Below are positions 29,045 through 39,089 of a stretch of DNA of 64,000 nt, piece after piece (position 1 is the stretch's first letter; each line of letters opens with the position of its first letter). Location of the stretch: contig CAZEJK010000002.1 in the NCBI GenBank assembly GCA_964512045.1, forward strand, positions 23,147 to 87,146, read 5' to 3'. Origin of the DNA: an uncultured Thermoanaerobaculia bacterium (GTDB lineage Bacteria; Acidobacteriota; Thermoanaerobaculia; Thermoanaerobaculales; Sulfomarinibacteraceae). Under the pieces are notes generated by a model. That model was not told the DNA's origin, did not search any database, and saw only the letters and a program-made list of their open reading frames with translations. A program made the position numbers and the translations under genes.

Positions 29045-30997
29045 ATGCATCCAGACTGCTCCACGAGGTTGGAGACGGTCGAGCTGACGGAGCTTCGTGG
29101 TCCCGATATGGCCGCCGGAGGAGCGTCCAAGGGCGCTGAGAAGTCCCGGCTCGACACTGAGGATACGGCCGCCTTGCGAGGTACGGAGAGCACGGCAAGC
29201 GGACCGGGGTTCGTCGGTGGCATCACCCTTGAGGTTCTGGAAGGTCCGATGGATGGGACGGTGCTTTCTGGCGATCTCGACTCGGTGAGCATCGGGCGGC
29301 GGCCGGGAAACGATCTGAGCCTGTTCGCCGATCCGTTGGTGTCCTCTGAGCATGCGCGGTTGGTTCGGACCGCCGGCGAGGATGGAACGTCGCGCTGGCT
29401 TCTCGAAGACCGCGGCAGCACCAACGGCACCTGGGTTCGAACGGGACAGCTCAACGCTCCCCAGCTGATCGAGCCGGGCGATGCGTTCGTGGTCGGAAAC
29501 GCAGTGGTGCGGTGCTCATCCGGTATCGCGCAGGAGACGTTTACCCCGGACGCCGGAACCCTCCGCAGCGAGATGCAACGGTTTCGACAGCGCTTTTCGG
29601 ACGCGACGGCCAGGGGCTGGGGCGCGGCGATGATGTTGGCGGCTCACGAGCGCAGTGTGGCGATCTCGGATCGGCACCTTTTTCTCGGTGTGGTGCGGTT
29701 GAACCCCGAGCTGCCGGTTGTCGCCCGCGGGGAGGGACCGATCACCCGCGGCGCGGTGTCCGCGGTAGCGGCCAACGCTGAGTTCTGGAGCAACGGAGAC
29801 GAGTGGATTCCGGCCCAGCTGTCGGAGGTGGTGGCGCAGACAGAGCCTCTGTTTGATGTCGAGCTGGAGATCACGCCACGACTGTTGCGGATCATACGCG
29901 GCGCCGAGCAGCTCGCGAGCTCGGCAGGCGGTGTGCAGATCGAGGTCTACGACGTCCTCCGTGCGCTGCTCGACGATCCGAACAACCGAGTGCGGGAGCT
30001 GCTCCGTCGGGCGAAGGCGGACATGGGTGCGGTGGAGTCGGCATTGGCGTCTGCACCTCGGCGCGCGCCAGCACCGCGTCGGGAGGGTTCTGAAGGCTCG
30101 GCGGCCGCGGTGGCAACGGCACCACCTGTGGCGCGTGCGAAGGACCTCAAGGTACCCGTGGTCGACGGACGGACCCACGAGACGGCCAACGAGCTTCGTG
30201 GAGTCTTGGCGCTGTATCATCTTGCCTCTGCCGATGAACGCCGGGCCGCAATCAAGGAGATGCTGACGCACGAGGTCTCGAAGCTTCCGGCCGACCAGCG
30301 GTTGCGGGTGCTCTCGCAGCTGCCCGACCTGTTTCCAGTGCACGCAGCCGGAACGGCGGGCCTGGAAGAGACATCCCGGTTGCGGGAACGAGTGGCGGAG
30401 CTCGAGGCCCAGGTTTCCTCTCAGCGCAAGGTTGCACCTCCGCCGATCTCGTCGATTCCATGGCCGCAGGTCCTCGCCCGCGAAGGTGGCGATCTCGAGG
30501 AGTGTCAGCCGTTGGATCGCTCACCACTGCTGTTCCTCCGCGAGGTGTTGCAGTTCTCTGTCGCCATCGAACGGTTCGTCGTGTCGATGGTGTGCGGTCT
30601 GACGGATCGATCGATCTCGACCGCGAGGATCCAGTTGCCCGGCTTCAAGACGTCTCTTCAAGGGCATGCGAAGCACGTCGGCGAGGCGCAGGAGCTGGCG
30701 GGATCCGAGCTGCACGATTACCTCTCCTCGTTGGAGACATGGTTGGTGGCGGCTATGGCTGCGTACTACGAGAGTCCAGAGGTGTGGTTCGCTGATTTCT
30801 GGGGAAAGATCAACCCGGCCCGGGTGGAAGCTCGGTTTTCGAAGAAGCTGTTTAGCGAGCAGAAGTGCTGGTCGCATTACAAGGAAACGGTGCGCTCGAT
30901 CTCGCCGGATCTGGTCGGCGATGAGATTCAGGCGATCGTGCGCAAGAAGGCTCAGGAACAGTACAAGCGTATGAAGGAAAGGAGATCGACACGATGA
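29045..30997 (+). CDS. fha: T6SS-associated FHA-domain protein (Fha/TagH-like) with an inserted Clp_N-like double repeat
   Basis: FHA core: SVSIGRRPGNDLSLFADPLVSSEHARLV ... LEDRGSTNGTWV. Two Clp_N-like repeats: ISDRHLFLGVVRLNPE, and ITPRLLRIIRGAEQLASSAGGVQIEVYDVLRALLDDPNNRVRELLRRAKADMG. It sits directly upstream of tssJ with an ATGA overlap. The start is chosen from the -10 geometry, so the ORF-track start at 29006 is less likely. Confidence 0.85.
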   Translation: MHPDCSTRLETVELTELRGPDMAAGGASKGAEKSRLDTEDTAALRGTESTASGPGFVGGITLEVLEGPMDGTVLSGDLDSVSIGRRPGNDLSLFADPLVSSEHARLVRTAGEDGTSRWLLEDRGSTNGTWVRTGQLNAPQLIEPGDAFVVGNAVVRCSSGIAQETFTPDAGTLRSEMQRFRQRFSDATARGWGAAMMLAAHERSVAISDRHLFLGVVRLNPELPVVARGEGPITRGAVSAVAANAEFWSNGDEWIPAQLSEVVAQTEPLFDVELEITPRLLRIIRGAEQLASSAGGVQIEVYDVLRALLDDPNNRVRELLRRAKADMGAVESALASAPRRAPAPRREGSEGSAAAVATAPPVARAKDLKVPVVDGRTHETANELRGVLALYHLASADERRAAIKEMLTHEVSKLPADQRLRVLSQLPDLFPVHAAGTAGLEETSRLRERVAELEAQVSSQRKVAPPPISSIPWPQVLAREGGDLEECQPLDRSPLLFLREVLQFSVAIERFVVSMVCGLTDRSISTARIQLPGFKTSLQGHAKHVGEAQELAGSELHDYLSSLETWLVAAMAAYYESPEVWFADFWGKINPARVEARFSKKLFSEQKCWSHYKETVRSISPDLVGDEIQAIVRKKAQEQYKRMKERRSTR

Positions 30998-31488
30998 GCA
31001 TCGGGGGCCTGGATCGGTACGGCGTGTGGTTGGCCTGTGCGGCAGTCGGAGCAGCTCTTACGCTCGGCACCATTGGCTGTGCGAGCAGCTCGACGGCCCA
31101 CTTCGTCTGCGACGCTCGCGTCAATGATGGTCTGCTCCTGACTATCGACCTCATCGAGGTGGCGGACGAGGAGGCGCAACAGATCCGTCAGACGGGAGAT
31201 GACTGGTTCTACTCCGACCTGCGGCGACAGCTTGCAGGTCGTACCAAGACCATCGCTGTCAAGGGAGGATGCGACGAGCGCATCGATCTGACCGTCCTCA
31301 CTGCAAAGGAGAAGGTTCTCCGCAAGAAGAAGGGGTACGGGATTCTCGCCGTCATCGGCGACTACCAGACGCGGGGTGGAGAGCGGATCTCCGGAAGCAT
31401 GCAGTTCCTCGATCGCGAGCAGTGGAAAGGCAAGACGACGCTTGTTCGGGTCCACGATGCGTATCTCACCATCGAGGGGAGCCGTTAG
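30994..31488 (+). CDS. tssJ: type VI secretion outer-membrane lipoprotein TssJ
   Basis: 164 aa with the lipobox LTLGTIGC. Size and position between fha and tssK match TssJ/SciN, and LLLTIDLIEVADEE is a TssJ-like beta segment. Confidence 0.75.
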   Translation: MSIGGLDRYGVWLACAAVGAALTLGTIGCASSSTAHFVCDARVNDGLLLTIDLIEVADEEAQQIRQTGDDWFYSDLRRQLAGRTKTIAVKGGCDERIDLTVLTAKEKVLRKKKGYGILAVIGDYQTRGGERISGSMQFLDREQWKGKTTLVRVHDAYLTIEGSR

Positions 31489-31532
31489 CGAGCTGTGTTG
31501 GATGATCCGACCGAGGAGAGAGGACGACGAGC

Positions 31533-32900
31533 GTGAGCAGGATACCCGAAGTCAACTGGTCTGAGGGCATGTTTCTCCGGCCGCAGCATCTGCAGCAGTT
31601 CTCACGGTACGTCCGGGGACTGCTCAGCGAAACCTGGCGGCAGACGCATCCATACCTCTGGGGTCTCGATGATATCGAGATCGATGGTGAGCAGCTCGAG
31701 GGATTCACCTTTGCAGTGAGACGCCTCAATGTTGTCTTGCCCGACGGTACGAGGGCTGCCACACCAACCAGCCTGACAGTCAACTCGAGGTCGTTCAAGG
31801 ACGAGCTGCGACAGGCAGAGGGACCGATGATGGTCTGGCTCGGCGTGCCAACGCTGAGCGAGGGCGATGCGAACGCGGCACGTCCTGAGGAGCTTGGCGG
31901 ACGAGATCTTCGCTACCAGTTGGAGTCGGTGGAGGTTGCGGACGAGAACGCCGGCGGCACTCCGCGTGCGATGGAGATCCGGCGTCTGCGGGCTCGGCTG
32001 TTTTTCGGCAATGAGAACCGTGAGGGGTATGACTGTCTTCCGATCGCCGCCCTGGAGCGCTCGGGTCAGGGGAGCAACGAGCCGAAGATTGCGGACAGCT
32101 TTTTCCCCCCGGTAGTGCGGCTCGGTGCCTGGGAGCCGTTGCAGCAGTTGGCGGAGTCGGTGCTGCATCGCGTGGAGGCGAAGCAGCGGTTTCTCCGCGC
32201 GGAGGTCCAAGAGGGGAGGATCAACCTCGAGGGAGCCGGAGGAGGAAGCTGGCAAGCAGTGTTCAAGCTGCAGATCGTCGGCTCGTTCTTGCACGTGCTC
32301 CGTCAGGTGATCGCCACGCCAGGGATCCATCCGTTCACGGTCTACGTTGAGCTGGCGCGGCTGGCGGGCGAGCTCTCGATCTTCGAGGAGGAAGGCGCCG
32401 AGGCGATCGAGGTTCCACTGTACGACCACACGCGTCTTGGACCGTGCTTCCATGCGACGGTGTTCACGGTCGAGCGTTTGCTCGAGAAGATTCTGTCGGG
32501 TCGGTTCGTCCACGTACCCTTCGAGCTTTCGGGCGAGCTTTTGATTGCCCGTCTGCAGGAGTCGTGGCTCGGCCCGAAGAGCGAGCTGTTCTTGTGTATC
32601 GAAAGCGACCTGCCAGATCGCAGCATCTTGTCACGGATCGAGACCGCCAAGATCGGCGCCTCGGTGGATCTTCCGCTGCTCAAGCAACGGCGGTTGTTCG
32701 GTCTCGACATCGAGCTTCTGAGCCGAACTCCGGGCGGGCTTCCTGCTCGCTCCGAGCTGCACTACTTCGCCATCAACCGCGAAGGACCCTACTGGGAGTC
32801 GGTTGAACGGGAGCGCGAGATCGCCATTTTGGGAGGGATCGACCCGAAGCTGCGCTTCAGCTTGTACATCGTGCTGCAGCCGTCTGATGATGAGCGGTAG
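31533..32900 (+). CDS. tssK: type VI secretion baseplate protein TssK
   Basis: The N-terminus VNWSEGMFLRPQHLQQ is the TssK/ImpJ signature. It is 455 aa with a GTG start after GAGGAGAGAGGA. Confidence 0.92.
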   Translation: MSRIPEVNWSEGMFLRPQHLQQFSRYVRGLLSETWRQTHPYLWGLDDIEIDGEQLEGFTFAVRRLNVVLPDGTRAATPTSLTVNSRSFKDELRQAEGPMMVWLGVPTLSEGDANAARPEELGGRDLRYQLESVEVADENAGGTPRAMEIRRLRARLFFGNENREGYDCLPIAALERSGQGSNEPKIADSFFPPVVRLGAWEPLQQLAESVLHRVEAKQRFLRAEVQEGRINLEGAGGGSWQAVFKLQIVGSFLHVLRQVIATPGIHPFTVYVELARLAGELSIFEEEGAEAIEVPLYDHTRLGPCFHATVFTVERLLEKILSGRFVHVPFELSGELLIARLQESWLGPKSELFLCIESDLPDRSILSRIETAKIGASVDLPLLKQRRLFGLDIELLSRTPGGLPARSELHYFAINREGPYWESVEREREIAILGGIDPKLRFSLYIVLQPSDDER

Positions 32901-32966
32901 GACCTTGATTGGCCACGCAATGGGCTTGGGCGCGCAGGGGTCGAGCCGAGCTCACGACTGGGGGGC

Positions 32967-33650
32967 GTGATGGAGAGTCAAGATTACCGAACCGAGCTGT
33001 TCCGGCTCGCGTCACCGCTGTTTCTGTACCTGGTGTCGTTTCGCCGCAAGGTGAAGCGCGGGTTCCACGTCGATGAGAGTGAGGCCCGCCAGGAGCTCGA
33101 GAGGATCTTCACCGACATGGATATGCGGGCACGGCGCGACCCACGCCTCGATGCGCTGTACGAGAAGGCGCGCTATCCCCTGGTGATTCTCGCCGATGAA
33201 GTGCTCCTGAACTCGGGCTGGGACAACGCGGCGAGCTGGGAGAAGGACGTGTTGGAGGAACGCTACTTCAACACCAACATCGGTGGCGACAAGCTGTTCC
33301 ATATCGCCGATGAGCTTCGCCATGACGAGGTGGAGCTTGCAGTGATCCTGTACACGGCTGTCTGCCTCGGTGTCAAGGGCCGGTACCACCGTCAGCCGGA
33401 GAAGCTCGAGGAGATGCGGAGCAGGTTGTATCGGCAGCTGGGGGAGTACCTGGGGGACGTGCAAAATGTGCTGACTCCGGATGCGTACCACGTCTCACCC
33501 AAGCCGGCTCAGAGGCTCTCGGTGGGGGTTGCCATGACCAGAGTGGCAATCGCGGCTGTGGTGCTCCTGGTGTCGTACTGGATCGCGAACTGGGCAATCT
33601 GGACCAGCGCTGTGGCGGATCTGCGCGAGATCGTGCGCGGTCTGGGCTGA
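32967..33650 (+). CDS. tssL: type VI secretion membrane protein TssL (DotU family), without a peptidoglycan-binding extension
   Basis: DotU-like segment ALYEKARYPLVILADEVLLNSGW and a single C-terminal TM (AIAAVVLLVSYWIANWAIW). An alternative ATG lies at 32970. Confidence 0.88.
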   Translation: MMESQDYRTELFRLASPLFLYLVSFRRKVKRGFHVDESEARQELERIFTDMDMRARRDPRLDALYEKARYPLVILADEVLLNSGWDNAASWEKDVLEERYFNTNIGGDKLFHIADELRHDEVELAVILYTAVCLGVKGRYHRQPEKLEEMRSRLYRQLGEYLGDVQNVLTPDAYHVSPKPAQRLSVGVAMTRVAIAAVVLLVSYWIANWAIWTSAVADLREIVRGLG

Positions 33651-33660
33651 GGAGGCGACG

Positions 33661-36600
33661 ATGCGCGAGCTGCTGACCCTGATGCGCAACATCCCTACCG
33701 TCGGCCGGTACATCGGCGGTCTGATCATCTTCGTCGTCCTGATCTATCTGATTGCGCCGCGGATCGGTCTTGGCGGCAAGGAGTGGATCCTGGTCATCGG
33801 CTTGCTGGTGATCTTTGGGCTGTTTGGCCTGCAGAGCTTCATCATGAAGCGCAGGGAGAAGCGTCGCGCCAAGCAGTTTGAGGGAAGCCTCGGTCTCCAG
33901 GGTCGTCAGACGGGCGTTGGTAAGGAGGAGATCCGGGAAGCTCTGAAAGAGCTGTCGGAGAAGTGGGAGGGAGCGGTTCGACAGCTGAGAGAGTCCGGCC
34001 TCTCGATCTATGACCTGCCGTGGTACTTGCTCATCGGTGAGCCGCAGTCCGGGAAGAGCACGACGCTGAAGAACTCGGGCATGGAGTTCCCGGTGGGCAG
34101 CGATGGGCTGTCGGGCTCTGGCGGGACCCGAAACTGCGACTGGTGGTTCACGAACGAAGCGGTGATCCTCGATACGGCCGGACGATTCACGTTTCAGGAG
34201 GACGCCGCGCCCGACGCACACGAGTGGAACGCTTTCCTGAAGCTGCTCTCCAAGCACAGGCGGCAGTGCCCGATCAACGGTGTGATCATCGTGGTCCCGG
34301 TCACGAGCCTGGTCGAAGATCCTGTCGACGTTCAGGAGGCCAAGGCAAAGAACATCCGTCAGAAGCTGCTCAGTCTGCAGAAGGACCTCGGGATTCGACT
34401 GCCTGTGTTCGTGCTCGTGACGAAGGCAGACCGCATCCTGGGCTTCACGGAGTTCTGCTCGAAGCTCGACCCGATCGACCAGCGTCAGCTGTTCGGCTGG
34501 TCGAACCGGGAGGGTCACGATCAGGCGTGGCGGCCGGAGTCCTTCGACGGTACCTTCAGCGAGATTGTGAGCCGCGTCCACAAGATGCGGCTGCGTTTCC
34601 TCCGCGTCGAGGAGAGCACCTCACAGGTCGACACACTGTTTGTGTTTCCCGAGGAGCTGGAAGCGATCCGCGAGCCTCTCGCGGCGTACCTGAACACCAT
34701 CTTTGCAGCGAGCCGGTACGAGGAGCCGTTCCTCCTGCGGGGGTACTACATCACCTCCGGAGTGCAGCAGGGGCGTCCGATCGCTCGGGCATGTCGCGAC
34801 CTGCTGCGGGTCCGTTCAGGAGGCGATCCGCAGGGCGTGTTGGAGGATCTCGAACAGGTCTTCAACAAGTCGCGCGCGTTCTTCATCCGCGACTTCTATG
34901 AGCGGAAGCTGTTCCCCGAACAGGGGCTTGTCACGCGGACCAGAGCCTCTCTGGCCAAGGAGCGGAAGACCAAGATGATTCTCCTGGGGGTGGCGCTCCC
35001 TCTGGCGTTGATCTTCCTGGTGATGTTCGGTGTGTCCGCCAGCATTCTGTACAACACTGTTGGCCGGATCAACGATGCAGTCGCTCAGGCCAAGACCTGC
35101 CTGAGCGACGAGCAACCGTGCAGTGTTACCGAGTCGTACGATCTCGTCGTGACGCTGGAGGAGGCGAAGGCTCAGCTACGACGAAGACGGTTCGCGCTGC
35201 TGATGTTCTTCCGGGGCGCGAGGAGCAATGAGATCTCCCAGGAGCTGCTTCCAGAGATCCAGGCCGAGCTGCTGCGGACCGGCGTGCTCGAGCCTGCGGT
35301 TCGTTCGTTCGTACGTCGCGCGGAGCTGGCCGGCTGGGAGAACACCCTCATCGCGTACCCGTCGTTTCGAGATGGGTTCGCCCAGCTACTCAGACTTGAT
35401 GAGCTCGAGCGTGCGGTGCTGGATCCGGACCGACAGGAGCGGCTCCGGAGGAACCTCTCGATCGAACCTCTGATCCGGTACTGCCAGGCAACCCCGGGCG
35501 TGGACACCAGCGAGGTCGGCCGTCAGGTGGACGAGTGGCTCGGTGAGGATACGCGGCTTGCGGAGGACGCCGAGAGCATCTTCCGGCATGTCGCGTCAGC
35601 AACCCCGAGAGTGGCCGATGTCGATGTGCCGGCGTTGCGATCGGCCAGTCGAGCAATGGCAGATTACTGGTCAATCTCCAACCTGGCCCGGTGGGACTTC
35701 GCGCTGATCGACCGGTACTTTGGTGGTTTCGTCGATGCGTTCGGCCAGATCCTCGATATGGCGCCTGCGATGGCGCCAGAGGCGCGTGCTGAGCTCGATC
35801 GTTACGTGGAGATCGCTCAGGCCATGGACCGGACGTACAGCGAGGGCGCCGAGCACATGGCGACTGCGCGGACCCCGCCAGGAAGCGACCGTCCGGGACT
35901 CGGGGTGGACGAGTGGGTTCAGTTCTGCCACGCGGATTATGAGCTGCTGCGCACCATCGCACCGGATGCGATCCCATCTGCGGAGGTCTCGGCGCTGTGC
36001 GATGGGATTCCGATGGAGTGGGAGCGCCTCCTCGCGCGGCGTGAGCAGTACGCCTACCTGTACACCGAAGGCGGGGGAGCGACGACGACCCCAGAGGAGA
36101 GCCCCGACCGTCCTGTCCCCGGTGAGGAGCGACTTGGCCAGCAGGCGCCTCGCGAGGCCTCTGCAGTGGTGGACACGGGCCCTCGACTGCACTGGTCGGA
36201 GGATGCAACCCGGATTCACGCCGCGGTCACGGACCTCGCAAGCCTGGTGCCCGCAGAGTCGATCAGTCAGCAGCAGGAGGAGTTCCTCCAGACACTGCGT
36301 ACGCGAGCGGGCCGTGAGCAGGAGCTGGAGGAGGTCACGAGCTACACAGACACCCAGACCCGGCGGTTCGGAGCGTGGAGCGAGCAGCTGTCTGGCCTCC
36401 GAACGCCGGAGCTCGCTGGCTACGAAGCGATCGGCGAGGTGGCGGCGCTCGGCCTCGGAGTCACGGTGCTGCCGCCGGTGGAAGAGTTCTTCCTTCGCGA
36501 CGTCTTTCCAGACAGCTGTCCGACCTGCTTTTATGAGGACTACGCCAAGACCAATGTACCGCCGGCCAACTCCGTGCTGACCTGGGCCGGAGATGTGCTC

Positions 36601-38106
36601 GGCGGCGTGTCCCGACAGGTCGACATCCGCCAGTCACTCGATGCAATCGACGACAGTGTGTACGACTACCTGGAGTCGTTCGTTGCGCAGGCTCGCGGTA
36701 GTGGAGGCGGTGGAGGAGGCTCGCGGTACAACCGTCCGCGGGAGGCGGCCGATGCCGTTCGTTGGTCGGACTTCGTGGCCGAGGTCCGCGACTGGCAGCC
36801 GGTCGTCCAGCTCCGGTCGTCCCGGAGCGGTGGCTCGGCATCGCTCGAGCAGCGCACGATGGACGAGTTCGCCCGGCGCAACCGCCGGCTCCAGCCGCTG
36901 GCAAGCCAGCTGCGAGCGTCGGCAGCGCCGAGATCATCCGGCAGCAGCGGTCCGCCGATCTCGAGCAACCTGGATCGAGCGATCGAGACGTTCCGGAGCT
37001 GTCTCGCGGTCCTCGACGACCGCCCGCTCGAGGCGTGGCGCCAGCTCGTGGCCGGTGCGGACGCAAAGCTGGACGACTTCCACGCCTTCTCACGCAACCG
37101 CGGTCTGCGGGACGATCGCGAGGCGCAGTGGCTCGTGGACAACCTCGAGCGCCACGGCGCACGGCTGCTCAGCGAGGCGATCCAGCCGCAGTTTTCAGAT
37201 CAGCTCGACCGTTTCTGGGACGATGTCGACTACTGCTGTCGCGAGCTCTACCCGTTCCTGACCGAGCGTCAAATGGGTGACTTGCGAGCGCTGTATCAGC
37301 GCGGCTACGAAGCGACCGGTGAGCCCCGACGCGAGGACAACGGCTGGGATCGGCGGGACCGGCGGGATCGTCCGGTCTGGCGGTTGCAGCTCTGGGACGG
37401 AGAGGTGCGCGACGCACGGGTGCGCGTCGTGCGACGCCGGATGGTACTGGAGACCGTACGGATCGCTGATCTGGAGGAGCTGTTCTTCGGCCGGGGCCGT
37501 TTGGCCGATCTGCATCGTGACTTCGCCCTGGCGCCGATCCTCGAAGGCCAGGAGACGATGATCGACTTCGTCGGTGAGGCCAAGGGGCGGCTGAAGGCAC
37601 TGGCGCGCTGGCAGCTTTTTCTGTTCGGACCATCCGGCGATGCGGAGAGCCGGTGGAGCCGTGACGCCGGTGATCGAGAGTTCCGGGTGCGGCTGATGGA
37701 GTCGACAGCCACCCGTGGCGCAACCTTCATCGGCGAGCGGGTCGGTCTGGTGAAGTTCCTTGGCGATAACGTTTTCCGACCCTCGACAGACGCTCGCAGG
37801 GGACGAGAGCTGAACGTACGTCTGCCGCTTGATGAGTCGCCAATCCTGATCGTGGGCATCAATGAGGACCGGACCACGGGGTGGACGGGTGAGCTCGAGA
37901 TCGAGGGAGGGCCCCTCAAGTTCCTGTTCTTGACGCACCTCGCACAGGAAGGTCCTCCGCGCAGAGACGGCCGGTTGTGGCAGGTGCGGATCGAGATACC
38001 GGATTACGATCGTCCGTCGGAACGGCTCGAGGGGATCTTCGAGCTGGAGTTCGATCGCCCTGTTCCGGATGTTCTTCCCGATAGCACCTCGGGTGGCAAT
38101 CGGTAG
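33661..38106 (+). CDS. tssM: type VI secretion membrane protein TssM (IcmF family), unusually long at 1481 aa
   Basis: It has N-terminal TMs and LPWYLLIGEPQSGKSTTLKNSG (Walker A), NCDWWFTNEAVILDTAGRF and INGVIIVVPV motifs. A third TM (ILLGVALPLALIFLVMFGV) is followed by about 1000 aa of periplasmic region. Confidence 0.95.
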   Translation: MRELLTLMRNIPTVGRYIGGLIIFVVLIYLIAPRIGLGGKEWILVIGLLVIFGLFGLQSFIMKRREKRRAKQFEGSLGLQGRQTGVGKEEIREALKELSEKWEGAVRQLRESGLSIYDLPWYLLIGEPQSGKSTTLKNSGMEFPVGSDGLSGSGGTRNCDWWFTNEAVILDTAGRFTFQEDAAPDAHEWNAFLKLLSKHRRQCPINGVIIVVPVTSLVEDPVDVQEAKAKNIRQKLLSLQKDLGIRLPVFVLVTKADRILGFTEFCSKLDPIDQRQLFGWSNREGHDQAWRPESFDGTFSEIVSRVHKMRLRFLRVEESTSQVDTLFVFPEELEAIREPLAAYLNTIFAASRYEEPFLLRGYYITSGVQQGRPIARACRDLLRVRSGGDPQGVLEDLEQVFNKSRAFFIRDFYERKLFPEQGLVTRTRASLAKERKTKMILLGVALPLALIFLVMFGVSASILYNTVGRINDAVAQAKTCLSDEQPCSVTESYDLVVTLEEAKAQLRRRRFALLMFFRGARSNEISQELLPEIQAELLRTGVLEPAVRSFVRRAELAGWENTLIAYPSFRDGFAQLLRLDELERAVLDPDRQERLRRNLSIEPLIRYCQATPGVDTSEVGRQVDEWLGEDTRLAEDAESIFRHVASATPRVADVDVPALRSASRAMADYWSISNLARWDFALIDRYFGGFVDAFGQILDMAPAMAPEARAELDRYVEIAQAMDRTYSEGAEHMATARTPPGSDRPGLGVDEWVQFCHADYELLRTIAPDAIPSAEVSALCDGIPMEWERLLARREQYAYLYTEGGGATTTPEESPDRPVPGEERLGQQAPREASAVVDTGPRLHWSEDATRIHAAVTDLASLVPAESISQQQEEFLQTLRTRAGREQELEEVTSYTDTQTRRFGAWSEQLSGLRTPELAGYEAIGEVAALGLGVTVLPPVEEFFLRDVFPDSCPTCFYEDYAKTNVPPANSVLTWAGDVLGGVSRQVDIRQSLDAIDDSVYDYLESFVAQARGSGGGGGGSRYNRPREAADAVRWSDFVAEVRDWQPVVQLRSSRSGGSASLEQRTMDEFARRNRRLQPLASQLRASAAPRSSGSSGPPISSNLDRAIETFRSCLAVLDDRPLEAWRQLVAGADAKLDDFHAFSRNRGLRDDREAQWLVDNLERHGARLLSEAIQPQFSDQLDRFWDDVDYCCRELYPFLTERQMGDLRALYQRGYEATGEPRREDNGWDRRDRRDRPVWRLQLWDGEVRDARVRVVRRRMVLETVRIADLEELFFGRGRLADLHRDFALAPILEGQETMIDFVGEAKGRLKALARWQLFLFGPSGDAESRWSRDAGDREFRVRLMESTATRGATFIGERVGLVKFLGDNVFRPSTDARRGRELNVRLPLDESPILIVGINEDRTTGWTGELEIEGGPLKFLFLTHLAQEGPPRRDGRLWQVRIEIPDYDRPSERLEGIFELEFDRPVPDVLPDSTSGGNR

Positions 38107-38115
38107 GGCGGCGCG

Positions 38116-39072
38116 ATGGGGATCCTGAGCCGCCTGAAAGAACGTCTGGAGTCCGAGCGGGACCTGCAGCTACCCCTTTCGACGTATGGAAAGCTTCCGA
38201 TTTACAAGGACTTTCTTCGATCAGGACTGACCGGCAAGGAGGCCCAGTCAGTCCGTCAATGGCTCGACCGCGGGATCAGTCATTTCTGGGCCTCCCGGCC
38301 GGAGTACCGATCGCAGGAGATCTACCAGCACGCCCTCTTCTTGAGATTCGACGGCGGACAGCGTGCCGTACTGGGCGTGCTGTGGGGGAGCCACGATGAG
38401 GGGATGCTCCGGCGGTTTCCGTTCATCTGCTTCACGACGGTACCCGTCGGTCGAGGTCCTGTTCCATCGTTGACAGCTCTCGATCTTCTCTCGCAAATGG
38501 TCGACCAGGCGCGACGGTGGCGACAGGACCTCGATCAGTTGGCATCGGTGGAGGCGTTCTACGGATGGTCGCGCGGTCGCACGTTCACGCTCAAAGAGCG
38601 CCCCGAGCGGGTGATCCGGCAGGAGGTCCGTGAGCGGTTCGGAGCGGTCACTGTCGGCGATTTCGCCGCCTTGCTGTACGCTGGCGACGAGCCGTTGACC
38701 TCCTGGGCCGCGCTCCATCGGAGGGTCGAGCGGCAGCTGGCAGGAGAGCGTCTGGCAGCTCGGTTTCCTACGTGTGCCCGTGGATCGATCCTCGACCAGA
38801 CCAAGCTGTGGTGCACGATGCTATCCGATCGTGTGGCGCGGGGTCGTGGCTGGAGCATCATCGTCCCGCTCTACGACGAGCACAGCGGGGTCGTGATGCT
38901 GCAGCGCCAGATCCGAGACGACGATGTGTTCGTGTTCCACCCAGAGATGCCAGACTACGACTTCATCGAAGATCTGCGACCGGAGCAGATCAGTACCAAT
39001 GGCGCGGACCCCTCTGCCGTTGATCCCGAGCAGAGATTGTTGGGATCGTCGAGCGGCGAGGGAGCGGCCTGA
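38116..39072 (+). CDS. tagF: type VI secretion-associated protein TagF (ImpM family)
   Basis: The N-terminal YGKLPIYKDFLRSGL ... VRQWLDRGI matches the TagF GKLPxxGDF-type signature. It lies immediately after tssM. Confidence 0.8.
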   Translation: MGILSRLKERLESERDLQLPLSTYGKLPIYKDFLRSGLTGKEAQSVRQWLDRGISHFWASRPEYRSQEIYQHALFLRFDGGQRAVLGVLWGSHDEGMLRRFPFICFTTVPVGRGPVPSLTALDLLSQMVDQARRWRQDLDQLASVEAFYGWSRGRTFTLKERPERVIRQEVRERFGAVTVGDFAALLYAGDEPLTSWAALHRRVERQLAGERLAARFPTCARGSILDQTKLWCTMLSDRVARGRGWSIIVPLYDEHSGVVMLQRQIRDDDVFVFHPEMPDYDFIEDLRPEQISTNGADPSAVDPEQRLLGSSSGEGAA

Positions 39073-39089
39073 AGCAGGGAGAGAGCACC

